From the sequence record DRR723986_6897: a stretch of 20,000 nucleotides of DNA; one strand, 5' to 3'. A model generated the notes under the pieces. The model saw only the letters and a program-made list of their open reading frames with translations, ran no database searches and was not told the origin of the DNA. A program made the translations under genes and the position numbers. How positions within the stretch are numbered: the first letter of the stretch is position 1; each line of letters begins with the position of its first letter. Shown here one piece after another: positions 8,999 to 17,183 of this stretch.

Positions 8999-9660
8999 TC
9001 GGGCTTTGATGCCTTGGTCGCCGTATCTGGCACAGTGAGCGCATCGATTAATCGGGCCAATCTGGCTTGGTCTTCGGTGCCGACATGAGACGGTATGCCA
9101 GCACGTTTTAAAAAGGCCCGGCGCTCCTTGGGCGTCAGGCCCGGTGGTATCACGATAACCTGTTCGCCTCTGCCGTCTGCGCGTTCCGGGTGGTCACCGC
9201 GCACCTCAATCAATACTTGAGCAAGGTTATCAACCTCACCAGCTTCAATGCGCCCATTGTCGTTTCGGTCACCGGTTTTAAGTAGCCAGTCAATGGTTTC
9301 TTTATTGGCTGTATTTTCAGCATCTGCGGCTGTAATGGCACCGTCGTCATTTTGGTCAAAGTAGCGCACAACCCGCTCCCCGGTGCTGGCGGGCCTAGTT
9401 TCTTGTTGAACTAGAAAGACACCGACCGCCGTTAGGCTGGCCGTTAAAACCAGACCCAAACCAATCACCAACCATGTTCTGTTCGCCTCACGGCTATTCG
9501 GGTGCAGGACGCCGCCGATATAATTCCGTATGGCATGGCTTGCGGTGGTGCCTGCATTGCGGCAAGCTTCCATAAATGCCAGTTTTTCCGTGTAGGAAAC
9601 GCGCACCTCAATGGTTTCGCTTTTCTTCTCTGACCTAGTTGGTTTTGTGTCTTCGTTCAT
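8995..9660 (-). CDS. Membrane-anchored ribbon-helix-helix-like protein with two C-terminal EF-hands
   Basis: Likely start is ATG 9660 (ORF track starts at 9756). KKSETIEVRVSYTEKLAFMEACRNAGTTASHAIRNYI fits a strand-helix-G-helix RHH pattern. One TM segment WLVIGLGLVLTASLTAVGVFLV. EF loops DQNDDGAITAAD and DRNDNGRIEAGE. Confidence 0.75.
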   Translation of the reverse strand: MNEDTKPTRSEKKSETIEVRVSYTEKLAFMEACRNAGTTASHAIRNYIGGVLHPNSREANRTWLVIGLGLVLTASLTAVGVFLVQQETRPASTGERVVRYFDQNDDGAITAADAENTANKETIDWLLKTGDRNDNGRIEAGEVDNLAQVLIEVRGDHPERADGRGEQVIVIPPGLTPKERRAFLKRAGIPSHVGTEDQARLARLIDALTVPDTATKASKPD

Positions 9661-9801
9661 GGACAAAGTTTGTACCAACGAACCATTTGGTTGCCAAGGG
9701 TTGTTGGCGAAGACATGCAATGACACCCTGAAAATATGCCCTTTTGTTGTATACACTTTGTTACATCAATATATGCTGTGCGTATATTTGAAGTAGGCGA
9801 G

Positions 9802-10656
9802 ATGAAAGACCCAACAATGCAAAACCATGTTGAACCAGACCAAGATGAAACATCATTGCAGGATGATGATCAGCAAGTTGCAATAGCCAAGCGAGTACGT
9901 CCTGCAGATGTTTATGATGCAATTCTTGAGGAAGGCGAGGAAGAGCTGGAACGCGGATTTGGTGCTCTATGGTGGTCTGGTATTGCCGCTGGTCTTTCAA
10001 TGGGGTTTTCTGTCGTTGCATCTGCAGCTCTGGCCGCAGCACTTGGGCATGATGCTTGGGTTCATCCCATCGTGAGCATCGGCTACACAGCTGGTTTTAT
10101 TATCGTCATTTTGGCGCGGCAGCAGCTATTCACGGAAAACACCATTACGGCACTTCTCCCGGTCATCACCCATCATTCCTGGGCAACTATGATTCATATG
10201 TTGCGATTGTGGGGCATTGTGTTTGTGGCAAATATTGTTGGCGCAATTGTTTTTGCTTGGGCAACGCAATTGAATGCCTTGTTTGCACCAGAAATCAGAG
10301 CAGAATTCCTGATACTGGGAGAGCATCTATTTGAAAATTCACGCTTGCAAATGTTTGTTAAAGGCATTGCGGCAGGATGGCTTATTGCTGCATTGGTTTG
10401 GGTTATTCCATCTTTACAAGGGGGGAAGTTCTTGGTGATCATGTTTTTTACTTGGCTCATTGCGTTGGGCGGGTTTACGCATATTATCGCAGGTTCAATC
10501 GAGAGCTTTCACATGCTTTTTGTCGGCGCCATAACCCCAAATCAATTAGTCTTTGATTTCATGCTGCCTACATTGCTTGGCAATATCGTTGGCGGTAGTG
10601 CGATTTTTTCTCTTATCAGTTATGCACAGGTGCGCCGCGAAGTTGATGCATTATGA
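9802..10656 (+). CDS. Formate/nitrite transporter (FNT) family protein, YfdC-like
   Basis: About six TM helices; motifs GEEELER, SGIAAGLSMGFS, QLFTENT, HIIAGS and GNIVGG. Start at 9802 or 9817. Confidence 0.9.
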   Translation: MKDPTMQNHVEPDQDETSLQDDDQQVAIAKRVRPADVYDAILEEGEEELERGFGALWWSGIAAGLSMGFSVVASAALAAALGHDAWVHPIVSIGYTAGFIIVILARQQLFTENTITALLPVITHHSWATMIHMLRLWGIVFVANIVGAIVFAWATQLNALFAPEIRAEFLILGEHLFENSRLQMFVKGIAAGWLIAALVWVIPSLQGGKFLVIMFFTWLIALGGFTHIIAGSIESFHMLFVGAITPNQLVFDFMLPTLLGNIVGGSAIFSLISYAQVRREVDAL

Positions 10657-10730
10657 ATATTCAATTGTCACATCGGAAAGTAAGTTAACAGACCAAAACA
10701 GCAAGATGGCGATACAATATAGATAATTAT

Positions 10731-11495
10731 CTATATTGGTTCTGTTTCAAGCATGGCTTGTAATTCGGCCACATCAGCGATGTCGTCCGGGTCGGTGAGT
10801 GATTGCACAATCTCATTCAATGTGGCACCGAGCTGCGGATAGCGGCACTCTCGTTCCTCAATCAATATACCGCATATGGTTGAAAGCTCCAGCGCCAGTG
10901 CTGCGGCATCTTTTTTGTTGGGGCTGTGGCGACGCATATACTCCATAACTTTTAGGAAGGTTTCTTCCGTGACGGTGGCAGCGATTTTCTCAAAGGTATA
11001 ATCGGTCATATACTCGTCGCGGAACGCATGCTCGTGCGTCAGCAAATCGCGGATATAACTTTCCAGATTGTCATACTGCGGCAGCACGTCCTGCAGCTTA
11101 GTGCTTTGCAACAAGGTTTCACATAGGCACTTTGATGCAACAGTCAGATTCAGCTGATCAGGCTCAATAACCACAAAAGATGCAGATGTGCGCATGCCAG
11201 CTACATTGCTATTTTCGATGTTTCTATATGCAGCAATAAATTTGTGTGCGTCTGCCGGAGCGGCAAATTCCAACGCTATCTGCGCATCGATACTACCCGA
11301 AAGAAACAACGGTGCGCTCACCGACCCGACGCCGCGTAAATAAACGGAAACTTCAGAGGGTGTTTCAAAGCCATGCCGAAAGAATAGATGCCCAGTTTTA
11401 CCTGCCGCGCCCATAAGTGATTTAAAGTTCCGGTAGCCTTCGACACCGGCGCATGTGAGGTCTAAACCAGTTAAATTATAAGCAGCTACAGGCAT
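10731..11495 (-). CDS. Hypothetical cytoplasmic protein
   Basis: A 254-aa ORF fills the gap between neighbours and has normal composition. No motif recognised. Confidence 0.7.
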   Translation of the reverse strand: MPVAAYNLTGLDLTCAGVEGYRNFKSLMGAAGKTGHLFFRHGFETPSEVSVYLRGVGSVSAPLFLSGSIDAQIALEFAAPADAHKFIAAYRNIENSNVAGMRTSASFVVIEPDQLNLTVASKCLCETLLQSTKLQDVLPQYDNLESYIRDLLTHEHAFRDEYMTDYTFEKIAATVTEETFLKVMEYMRRHSPNKKDAAALALELSTICGILIEERECRYPQLGATLNEIVQSLTDPDDIADVAELQAMLETEPI

Positions 11496-11564
11496 ATTGA
11501 GCGCTTGTTATTGTCTGTCATTTTAGGTGTTTTCTGAAAACTGGCAGATGCTATGCCGAGTAAA

Positions 11565-13298
11565 CTACTGATCATATGGCGTTTCATAAACCACCTGCCC
11601 TTCGAAAATGGTTTTGTCTACTGTTACATCAAGAACAGACGTGGCCGAAATTTTGGTTAAGTTGTTAGATAGTATGATCATATCTGCCATCTTGCCAACG
11701 GTAATAGATCCGCGAGAATCGTCCATAAAATTGGCATATGCGCCGCCCATTGTATAGGCGTAGATGGCTTCTTCAATGGTAATGCGTTCCTCCGGAATCC
11801 ACGGTTCAATATACCCTTCCTGCGTGTCTTGGCGGGTTATAGCCGCATGCATGCCAGCGAATGGGCTCATAACGGCCACATCCCAATCGCTTGCAAAGGC
11901 AATGGTTGCGCCGCTGTCCAATAAGGAGCGCCACGGAAAGGCATAGCGTGACCGGCTTTCTCCTACAGCCACGCGCCAAATATCGCCGCCGCCTATTGTT
12001 GCGTGGCGCGGCTGCATGTCGGCAATAACGCCCAGTTCGCCGAAACGCGGAATATCATCCGGGTGCAATACTTCCACATGGACAAGCTGGTGGCGTCTGT
12101 CTTTGGGGCCATTGGTATTATTTGCATACTCAAGAGCATCCAATGCCACCTGAATGCCGCGGTCTCCAATGGCATGAATGAACAATTGAAAGCCCTGTGC
12201 ATCAAGGTTGGCGACAAGTTTTTTGAAAGCATCAGGCTTAAAAAAAGTGTCGCCCTTGTTGTGGCCTTGATCGCTGTAGGGCGCCAGCATCGCGGCGGTG
12301 TGAGTTTCTATAACATCGTCGATATATAGCTTAATAGCGGGTACATGAATTTGGTGATCATTCGCCCGCTCATCACGTATCGCAGCATAAGCCGCCACGT
12401 CTTCGGCAGGTGTTCCCGGTGGGTGAAACATTGCCATATGAACATGGGCGTTCAGGTCGCCGTCTTGTTGCACACGGTCCCACTTGGCAAAGTCATCAAA
12501 GCCATTTTGCGGTTCAATGATGGTCGTAATGCCATTTGATGTGGCCTCATCAAGATAGCCTTTGAACCATGTGTGAACCAGGGCTGGGTCTGGTTCAGGC
12601 AAAATAGAATATAGCGCATCAGCCTCTTCTTCGGTGATGTTAAGCGAACCTTTAAATATGCCGGTTGGGGTGCCGTTTTCGCCGCGTACAATGGTACCGA
12701 AAGGCACTTTGTGTGTGTTTGCTTTTATGCCCAGTGCGTTCATGGCGGGCTTGTTCAAATATGTTGTATGGCCGTCATAAGATGTAATCATGATAGGGCG
12801 ACCACCGCTCAACCCTTCCAGGTCACGCCACGTGGGCAAGCCGTCCGGGTGGGTGCCATATTGCCAGCGGCCCCCCACAAGCCACGCGCGTTCTGGGTGG
12901 TTTTCCGCATAATCACGGATCATTTGCCTGAATGTTTCGGGCGAGTTTGCTTCGGTTAAGTCCATAAAGTCAGGGTCGGGCGTATAGCTCAGGTGGGTAT
13001 GGCTGTCTATAATGCCGGGCATCACGAAGCGACCATTGGCGTCAATTACTCGCGTGTTGTCGTTGGTGTATGCGGCAATGCCTGCGTTATCACCAACAAA
13101 TACAATGCGTTTGTCTTTCACGGCAATGGCTTGAGCACGAGGCGTGTTAGGGTCTACGGTATAAACATCAGCATTCACAATAATCAGATCGGCCTTTGGT
13201 GTCATTGTGGGGTGCTGTGATTGGGCGGCATATGAGCCAGCCATAAGGCCTGCTAGAGCAAGGGGTTTGAGCCATTTTCTATGTGTATGCAGTTGCAT
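11565..13298 (-). CDS. Exported amidohydrolase family 3 (YtcJ-like) metal-dependent hydrolase
   Basis: Motifs ADLIIVNA, MPGIIDSHTH, HAIGDRG, LVHVE, ASDW, YTMGGAYA and GKMADMIIL. Signal-like N-terminus. ATG 13298 follows AAGGA. Confidence 0.93.
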   Translation of the reverse strand: MQLHTHRKWLKPLALAGLMAGSYAAQSQHPTMTPKADLIIVNADVYTVDPNTPRAQAIAVKDKRIVFVGDNAGIAAYTNDNTRVIDANGRFVMPGIIDSHTHLSYTPDPDFMDLTEANSPETFRQMIRDYAENHPERAWLVGGRWQYGTHPDGLPTWRDLEGLSGGRPIMITSYDGHTTYLNKPAMNALGIKANTHKVPFGTIVRGENGTPTGIFKGSLNITEEEADALYSILPEPDPALVHTWFKGYLDEATSNGITTIIEPQNGFDDFAKWDRVQQDGDLNAHVHMAMFHPPGTPAEDVAAYAAIRDERANDHQIHVPAIKLYIDDVIETHTAAMLAPYSDQGHNKGDTFFKPDAFKKLVANLDAQGFQLFIHAIGDRGIQVALDALEYANNTNGPKDRRHQLVHVEVLHPDDIPRFGELGVIADMQPRHATIGGGDIWRVAVGESRSRYAFPWRSLLDSGATIAFASDWDVAVMSPFAGMHAAITRQDTQEGYIEPWIPEERITIEEAIYAYTMGGAYANFMDDSRGSITVGKMADMIILSNNLTKISATSVLDVTVDKTIFEGQVVYETPYDQ

Positions 13299-13445
13299 AG
13301 CCACTTCCTTCGCATTGCGGTCTAATCAAAAGCCTATATTAGCTGGCATTGGTTTTCAAATGGGCGCGGCATATGCGCAGGATTGCCCTGCACGGCAAAA
13401 CCAATGTAATAAGATACATCAACCCATCAATCAGGCGAAACATGC

Positions 13446-14168
13446 GTGAGCGACAATAAAAACACAAATGATGCGATCGATCCGGATATCCTGTCGGCTC
13501 AGCATTCCAGCACGCTTTGCCAAGCCTGCGGTATCTGTTGCAGTGGCACGCTTTTCTCTTATGTGGACGTCAGCCCAAAAGAAGCAAAAGCCCTAATCGG
13601 CACATGCGTTACGCCTGTTAAAAATGACAAGGGCAAGCTGGCGTTTGACCTGCCCTGCAGCGCCCTTGAGGGAACCCGCTGCACCATTTATGACAAGCGC
13701 CCGACAGCGTGCCGCACTTATTTATGTGGCCTCACGAGAGGGGTGATGAACGGCAGTACAAGTCTTGAGGCCGCCACTGCTGCAGTTGCGGACATTAAAG
13801 CCAAGCGAGCATGGTTGTTGGAGAATGCGCCGCTGGATATTTTGCTAACATATGCTTTGCCAGCAAAAGGAAAGCCCACTGGGCGCGAGGCGGAAGTGCC
13901 CAAGTCTGCCACAGCAATCCTTGCAGCATTCAGCAGCACAAGCAGCCCATCACAAGCCGCTTCTGCGGCGTCAAAAGCGCCCCAATCGCTCAGGGTTTTA
14001 TTGGCTGAACTTTATGGATGTTTCACGCGTAAGCAACAGGTTGAAGGGCTAAGTGCCTCGGATAAAACATATATTGCTGCGGCCTTTTCCTATGCCAAAA
14101 TTGCGGACCGCATGTTTGAGAAAACCCCGCTTTTGCGCACCTACGGCACGCTGGTGCAGCAGTTTTAG
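13446..14168 (+). CDS. YkgJ family cysteine cluster (CxxCxxCC) protein
   Basis: CQACGICC followed by PCSALEGTRCTIYDKRPTACRTYLC. Confidence 0.88.
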   Translation: MSDNKNTNDAIDPDILSAQHSSTLCQACGICCSGTLFSYVDVSPKEAKALIGTCVTPVKNDKGKLAFDLPCSALEGTRCTIYDKRPTACRTYLCGLTRGVMNGSTSLEAATAAVADIKAKRAWLLENAPLDILLTYALPAKGKPTGREAEVPKSATAILAAFSSTSSPSQAASAASKAPQSLRVLLAELYGCFTRKQQVEGLSASDKTYIAAAFSYAKIADRMFEKTPLLRTYGTLVQQF

Positions 14169-14190
14169 GCTGGTTTGAATGGGAAGCCCG

Positions 14191-14748
14191 ATGAAAAAGA
14201 TTCTAGTAGCCTGCATATTACTGAACACATTGCTTGCCGGTTCTTCGGTTTTTGCGCCGGTTGCGGCAGACGCCCCGCTGGAGACAGTGCCCTTCGTTGA
14301 CCTGCAGCGCTACGCCGGCAAGTGGTATGAAATCGCCCGCCTTGAACAGCGGTTTCAAAAAGGCTGCATCAACAGCACCGCAGAGTATAGTTTCCGCGAT
14401 GACGGTGACATTCGGGTGGTTAATGAATGCGAGATTGCCGGCAAGGACAAACGCAAAAAAGCTACCGGCAGGGCGTGGGTAAAAGACAGTGAAACCAATG
14501 CGAAACTGCGAGTGCAATTTGTTCTTACCGGTCTGAAGCTTTCATTTCTGTCCGGTAAATATTGGGTTTTGGACTTAGCTCCGGATTATAGCCATGTAAT
14601 GGTAGGTGACCCCTCACGCAAATATTTTTGGCTGTTGTCTCGCAACTCGGAAATGGATGATGCCTTGCGTGCTGACCTAATGGCCAAAGCACAGGCTATG
14701 GGTTTTGACACATCAGCTTTTGTGATCAATGCTGAGCAAACGGAGTGA
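14191..14748 (+). CDS. blc: Bacterial lipocalin (Blc-like)
   Basis: Motifs VDLQRYAGKWYEIAR, AEYS, YWVLDLAPDYS and WLLSR. Signal peptide without a usable lipobox Cys. Confidence 0.88.
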   Translation: MKKILVACILLNTLLAGSSVFAPVAADAPLETVPFVDLQRYAGKWYEIARLEQRFQKGCINSTAEYSFRDDGDIRVVNECEIAGKDKRKKATGRAWVKDSETNAKLRVQFVLTGLKLSFLSGKYWVLDLAPDYSHVMVGDPSRKYFWLLSRNSEMDDALRADLMAKAQAMGFDTSAFVINAEQTE

Positions 14749-14755
14749 GCCAGTT

Positions 14756-15238
14756 TTAACGCGCGGGCGTGACATATTCCTGGAGAGTTACACTGTCGGG
14801 AATCGGCTGGTTTGGCCCTAGCCGTGTTGAATGCAGCATTTCAATAAGCCAGCGATCACCGTATTTTACCAAAACCGCGCTTTCCAGCCACTTTATAGTT
14901 TGTGTCTGACCATTAGGAAAAGTGAAAAGGGCGCGATTCCAATAGCTAACCCATGCCCTATCACCGCTAACCTTGGACGTAATGACAGCAAAGAAATTAC
15001 GCCGGGTTGTATTTTCGTCGCCGCCTGTCACGACTGATATCAGCTTATCCATGTCCCACACTTCGCCCACCTCAAGCAGCTCAAAGTCATCGGTAGATGT
15101 AGCCTTCATGGCACCGCCGTCGTAGGCGCTCATGGCCGCAAACAGGTCTTGAACCGCAGAAAACGGCTGTCGCGCCTCCTGGGCATGAAGAGTGCTGGAC
15201 CACAGCAACACCGCGACCGTGAGTATAAGCTTATGCAT
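14756..15238 (-). CDS. Exported NTF2-like (DUF4440/SnoaL) protein
   Basis: Signal peptide ending LHA; pattern AVQDLFAAM...TDDF...GDRAWVSY...LVKYGDRWLIEMLHS. RBS GAGGAG before ATG 15238. Confidence 0.8.
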   Translation of the reverse strand: MHKLILTVAVLLWSSTLHAQEARQPFSAVQDLFAAMSAYDGGAMKATSTDDFELLEVGEVWDMDKLISVVTGGDENTTRRNFFAVITSKVSGDRAWVSYWNRALFTFPNGQTQTIKWLESAVLVKYGDRWLIEMLHSTRLGPNQPIPDSVTLQEYVTPAR

Positions 15239-15342
15239 GGCTGGTCTCCTCAATAGCTTGTTGCATGGTGCTGCCTGAATAACTTTGTTGATCGTTTCTG
15301 ACCTGCCGATTAGTCTACCGCTACGCTAAGAAGGAGTATAGG

Positions 15343-15741
15343 GTGAAGCTGCTCAACATATTAACGATAGCCTTGACGGGCTTGTTGTTGCTTTCGGCCT
15401 GTTCGGACCCAGCCCCCAGTGAACCTGCACAAACCGACGACATAGACCCTCGCTTTGTGGGTGACGCCACGCTCACGGTCACCGGCATGCCTGAGGGTGC
15501 GCGTGTCGTCACAATGGCTTGGTTTCCCGGCCGGAAAGACGATGACCCGCAGGGTGTTATTTACAAATATTCAGACGGCGTGACTGTGCCTGCAGGCAAG
15601 TATATTTTCCTCATTGAAGGGGAAGGCTTTGAGGCTCTCATGGCGCGGCGCATACCCGTGTATGGCAACACGGTGCTGGAAGCCAAAATGTGCAAGCTGG
15701 ACAGCGGCTGTTACGGCACGCTGACCGAGGTTTCGCATTAG
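15343..15741 (+). CDS. Hypothetical lipoprotein
   Basis: Lipobox LLSAC after a hydrophobic stretch; strong RBS AAGGAG; beta-rich body (VPAGKYIFLIEGEGF) resembling a small beta-sandwich. Confidence 0.75.
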   Translation: MKLLNILTIALTGLLLLSACSDPAPSEPAQTDDIDPRFVGDATLTVTGMPEGARVVTMAWFPGRKDDDPQGVIYKYSDGVTVPAGKYIFLIEGEGFEALMARRIPVYGNTVLEAKMCKLDSGCYGTLTEVSH

Positions 15742-15744
15742 GCA

Positions 15745-15775
15745 CGTCACCTTCGGCTTCGGCTTGGTATGAACT
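15745..15775 (+). repeat. Junction repeat copy A (GTATGAACT core)
   Basis: CGTCACCTTCGGCTTCGGCTTGGTATGAACT aligns with 19884-19912 at 26/31 columns (manual alignment). Confidence 0.75.
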
Positions 15776-15893
15776 ACCGACACGCAGGTTTTCAATTGGT
15801 TGCTTAGTACGTTGAATTTCAATAGTTTTGCTTTTGCAAAGAGTTTGCAAGGGCATTTAAGCAAGCTCACTCATAAAATCGAAGGAGCCTTTG

Positions 15894-17081
15894 GTGTCAT
15901 CTGCTTTTACCAGTAAATTGCCAAATTTAGAGACCAGTATTTTCACTGAAATGTCGGTAATGGCAAACCAGCATCAAGCGATTAATTTATCTCAAGGCTT
16001 CCCTGAATTTGATACGCCCGCGTTTTTGAAAGATAAAATTAACCAAGCCATTAGTGAGGGGAACAATCAATACGCCCCCTCAAATGGTTTGCCTGAATTG
16101 TTAACGCAAATTGCCGAAATGGTGCACCGGCATTATCAAACTGAATTACCTGCTGAACAAAAACTCGATGGTTTAACGGGCGTTACTATCACGTCAGGCG
16201 CAACGGAAGCTTTATGGGTCGCCATACAAACCCTTGTGCGCAAAAATGATGAAGTGATTGTTTTTGATCCCGCCTACGACTCTTATGAACCTGCCGTTGA
16301 GCTTGCAGGCGGCGTGTGTCGCCATATTGCGCTTGAGGCCCCAAGCTATGCAATAAATTGGCGGGTGGTAGAACAAACTATTAATGCCAATACACGCGCG
16401 ATTATAATTAACAACCCGCACAATCCAACGGGTTCAATACTGAGCCAGTCTGATCTTATTACGCTGCAGGCACTCGCCGAAAAATATGATTTGTATGTCA
16501 TCAGCGACGAAGTATACGAGCACATGACCTTTGATGGCATGCGGCATGAGAGTGTTTTACGGTACCCTGAGTTATTCCGGCGCGCCTTTGTCATCTCCAG
16601 TTTTGGCAAAACCTTTCATTGTACCGGCTGGAAAATGGGCTACTGCGCCGCACCAAATGAGCTTTCTGCCGAGTTCAGAAAAGTTCATCAATACGTCACC
16701 TTTTGCACCTTTACCCCTGCGCAAATAGCCATTGCACACATGCTGAAAGAGCAGCCATCCCATATCACCGGTTTGGCAGGTTTTTATCAACAAAAACGAG
16801 ATCTACTCGTTAACGCCCTAGAGGGCTCTCGCTTTACGATCCTGCCATCAAAAGGCACTTATTTTTTGCTATTGGATTATTCAGCGATATCAACACTGGG
16901 TGACCGTGAGTTTTGCGAGTGGTTAACGAAAGAAATAGGCGTTGCCGCTATTCCTCTCAGTCCTTTTTACCAATCGGAACAACGGGCTGATTATCTTGAA
17001 AATAATAAAGTGATACGGCTGTGTTTTGCTAAAAACGACGACACTTTACTGAAAGCAGCAGAAATATTGTGTCAGCTTTAG
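15894..17081 (+). CDS. ybdL: PLP-dependent class I/II aminotransferase, methionine/kynurenine aminotransferase YbdL-like
   Basis: Motifs SKLP...SIF, AINLSQGFP, NQYAP, NNPHNPTG, SDEVYEH, and PLP lysine in SSFGKTFHCTGWKMGY. C-terminus RLCFAK. GTG 15894 lies 6 nt after AAGGAG (ORF track starts at 15891). Confidence 0.92.
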   Translation: MSSAFTSKLPNLETSIFTEMSVMANQHQAINLSQGFPEFDTPAFLKDKINQAISEGNNQYAPSNGLPELLTQIAEMVHRHYQTELPAEQKLDGLTGVTITSGATEALWVAIQTLVRKNDEVIVFDPAYDSYEPAVELAGGVCRHIALEAPSYAINWRVVEQTINANTRAIIINNPHNPTGSILSQSDLITLQALAEKYDLYVISDEVYEHMTFDGMRHESVLRYPELFRRAFVISSFGKTFHCTGWKMGYCAAPNELSAEFRKVHQYVTFCTFTPAQIAIAHMLKEQPSHITGLAGFYQQKRDLLVNALEGSRFTILPSKGTYFLLLDYSAISTLGDREFCEWLTKEIGVAAIPLSPFYQSEQRADYLENNKVIRLCFAKNDDTLLKAAEILCQL

Positions 17082-17101
17082 CCATGGCAGACTTGACATT
17101 G

Positions 17102-17150
17102 CCCAGTATGAACTGCGGGCAAAGCCGCGATCGCAGGAACCATTAAAAAA
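17102..17150 (+). repeat. Junction repeat copy B (GTATGAACT core)
   Basis: GTATGAACTGCGGGCAAAGCC (17106-17126) matches 19904-19924 at 19/21. Weaker similarity continues through AGGAA to an A-run. Confidence 0.75.
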
Positions 17151-17183
17151 TTCCGGGTAGTTTCCCGAGGTGCGAAAGGGTTT

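Noticed and set aside
15776-15890. SAM riboswitch upstream of the methionine aminotransferase
   Set aside because: The leader is AT-rich with no recognisable SAM-I, SAM-II or SAM-SAH consensus.
17144-17170. Hairpin CGGG-tagttt-CCCG beside an A-run as the Sel1 gene terminator
   Set aside because: The stem is only 4-5 bp, too weak to call.
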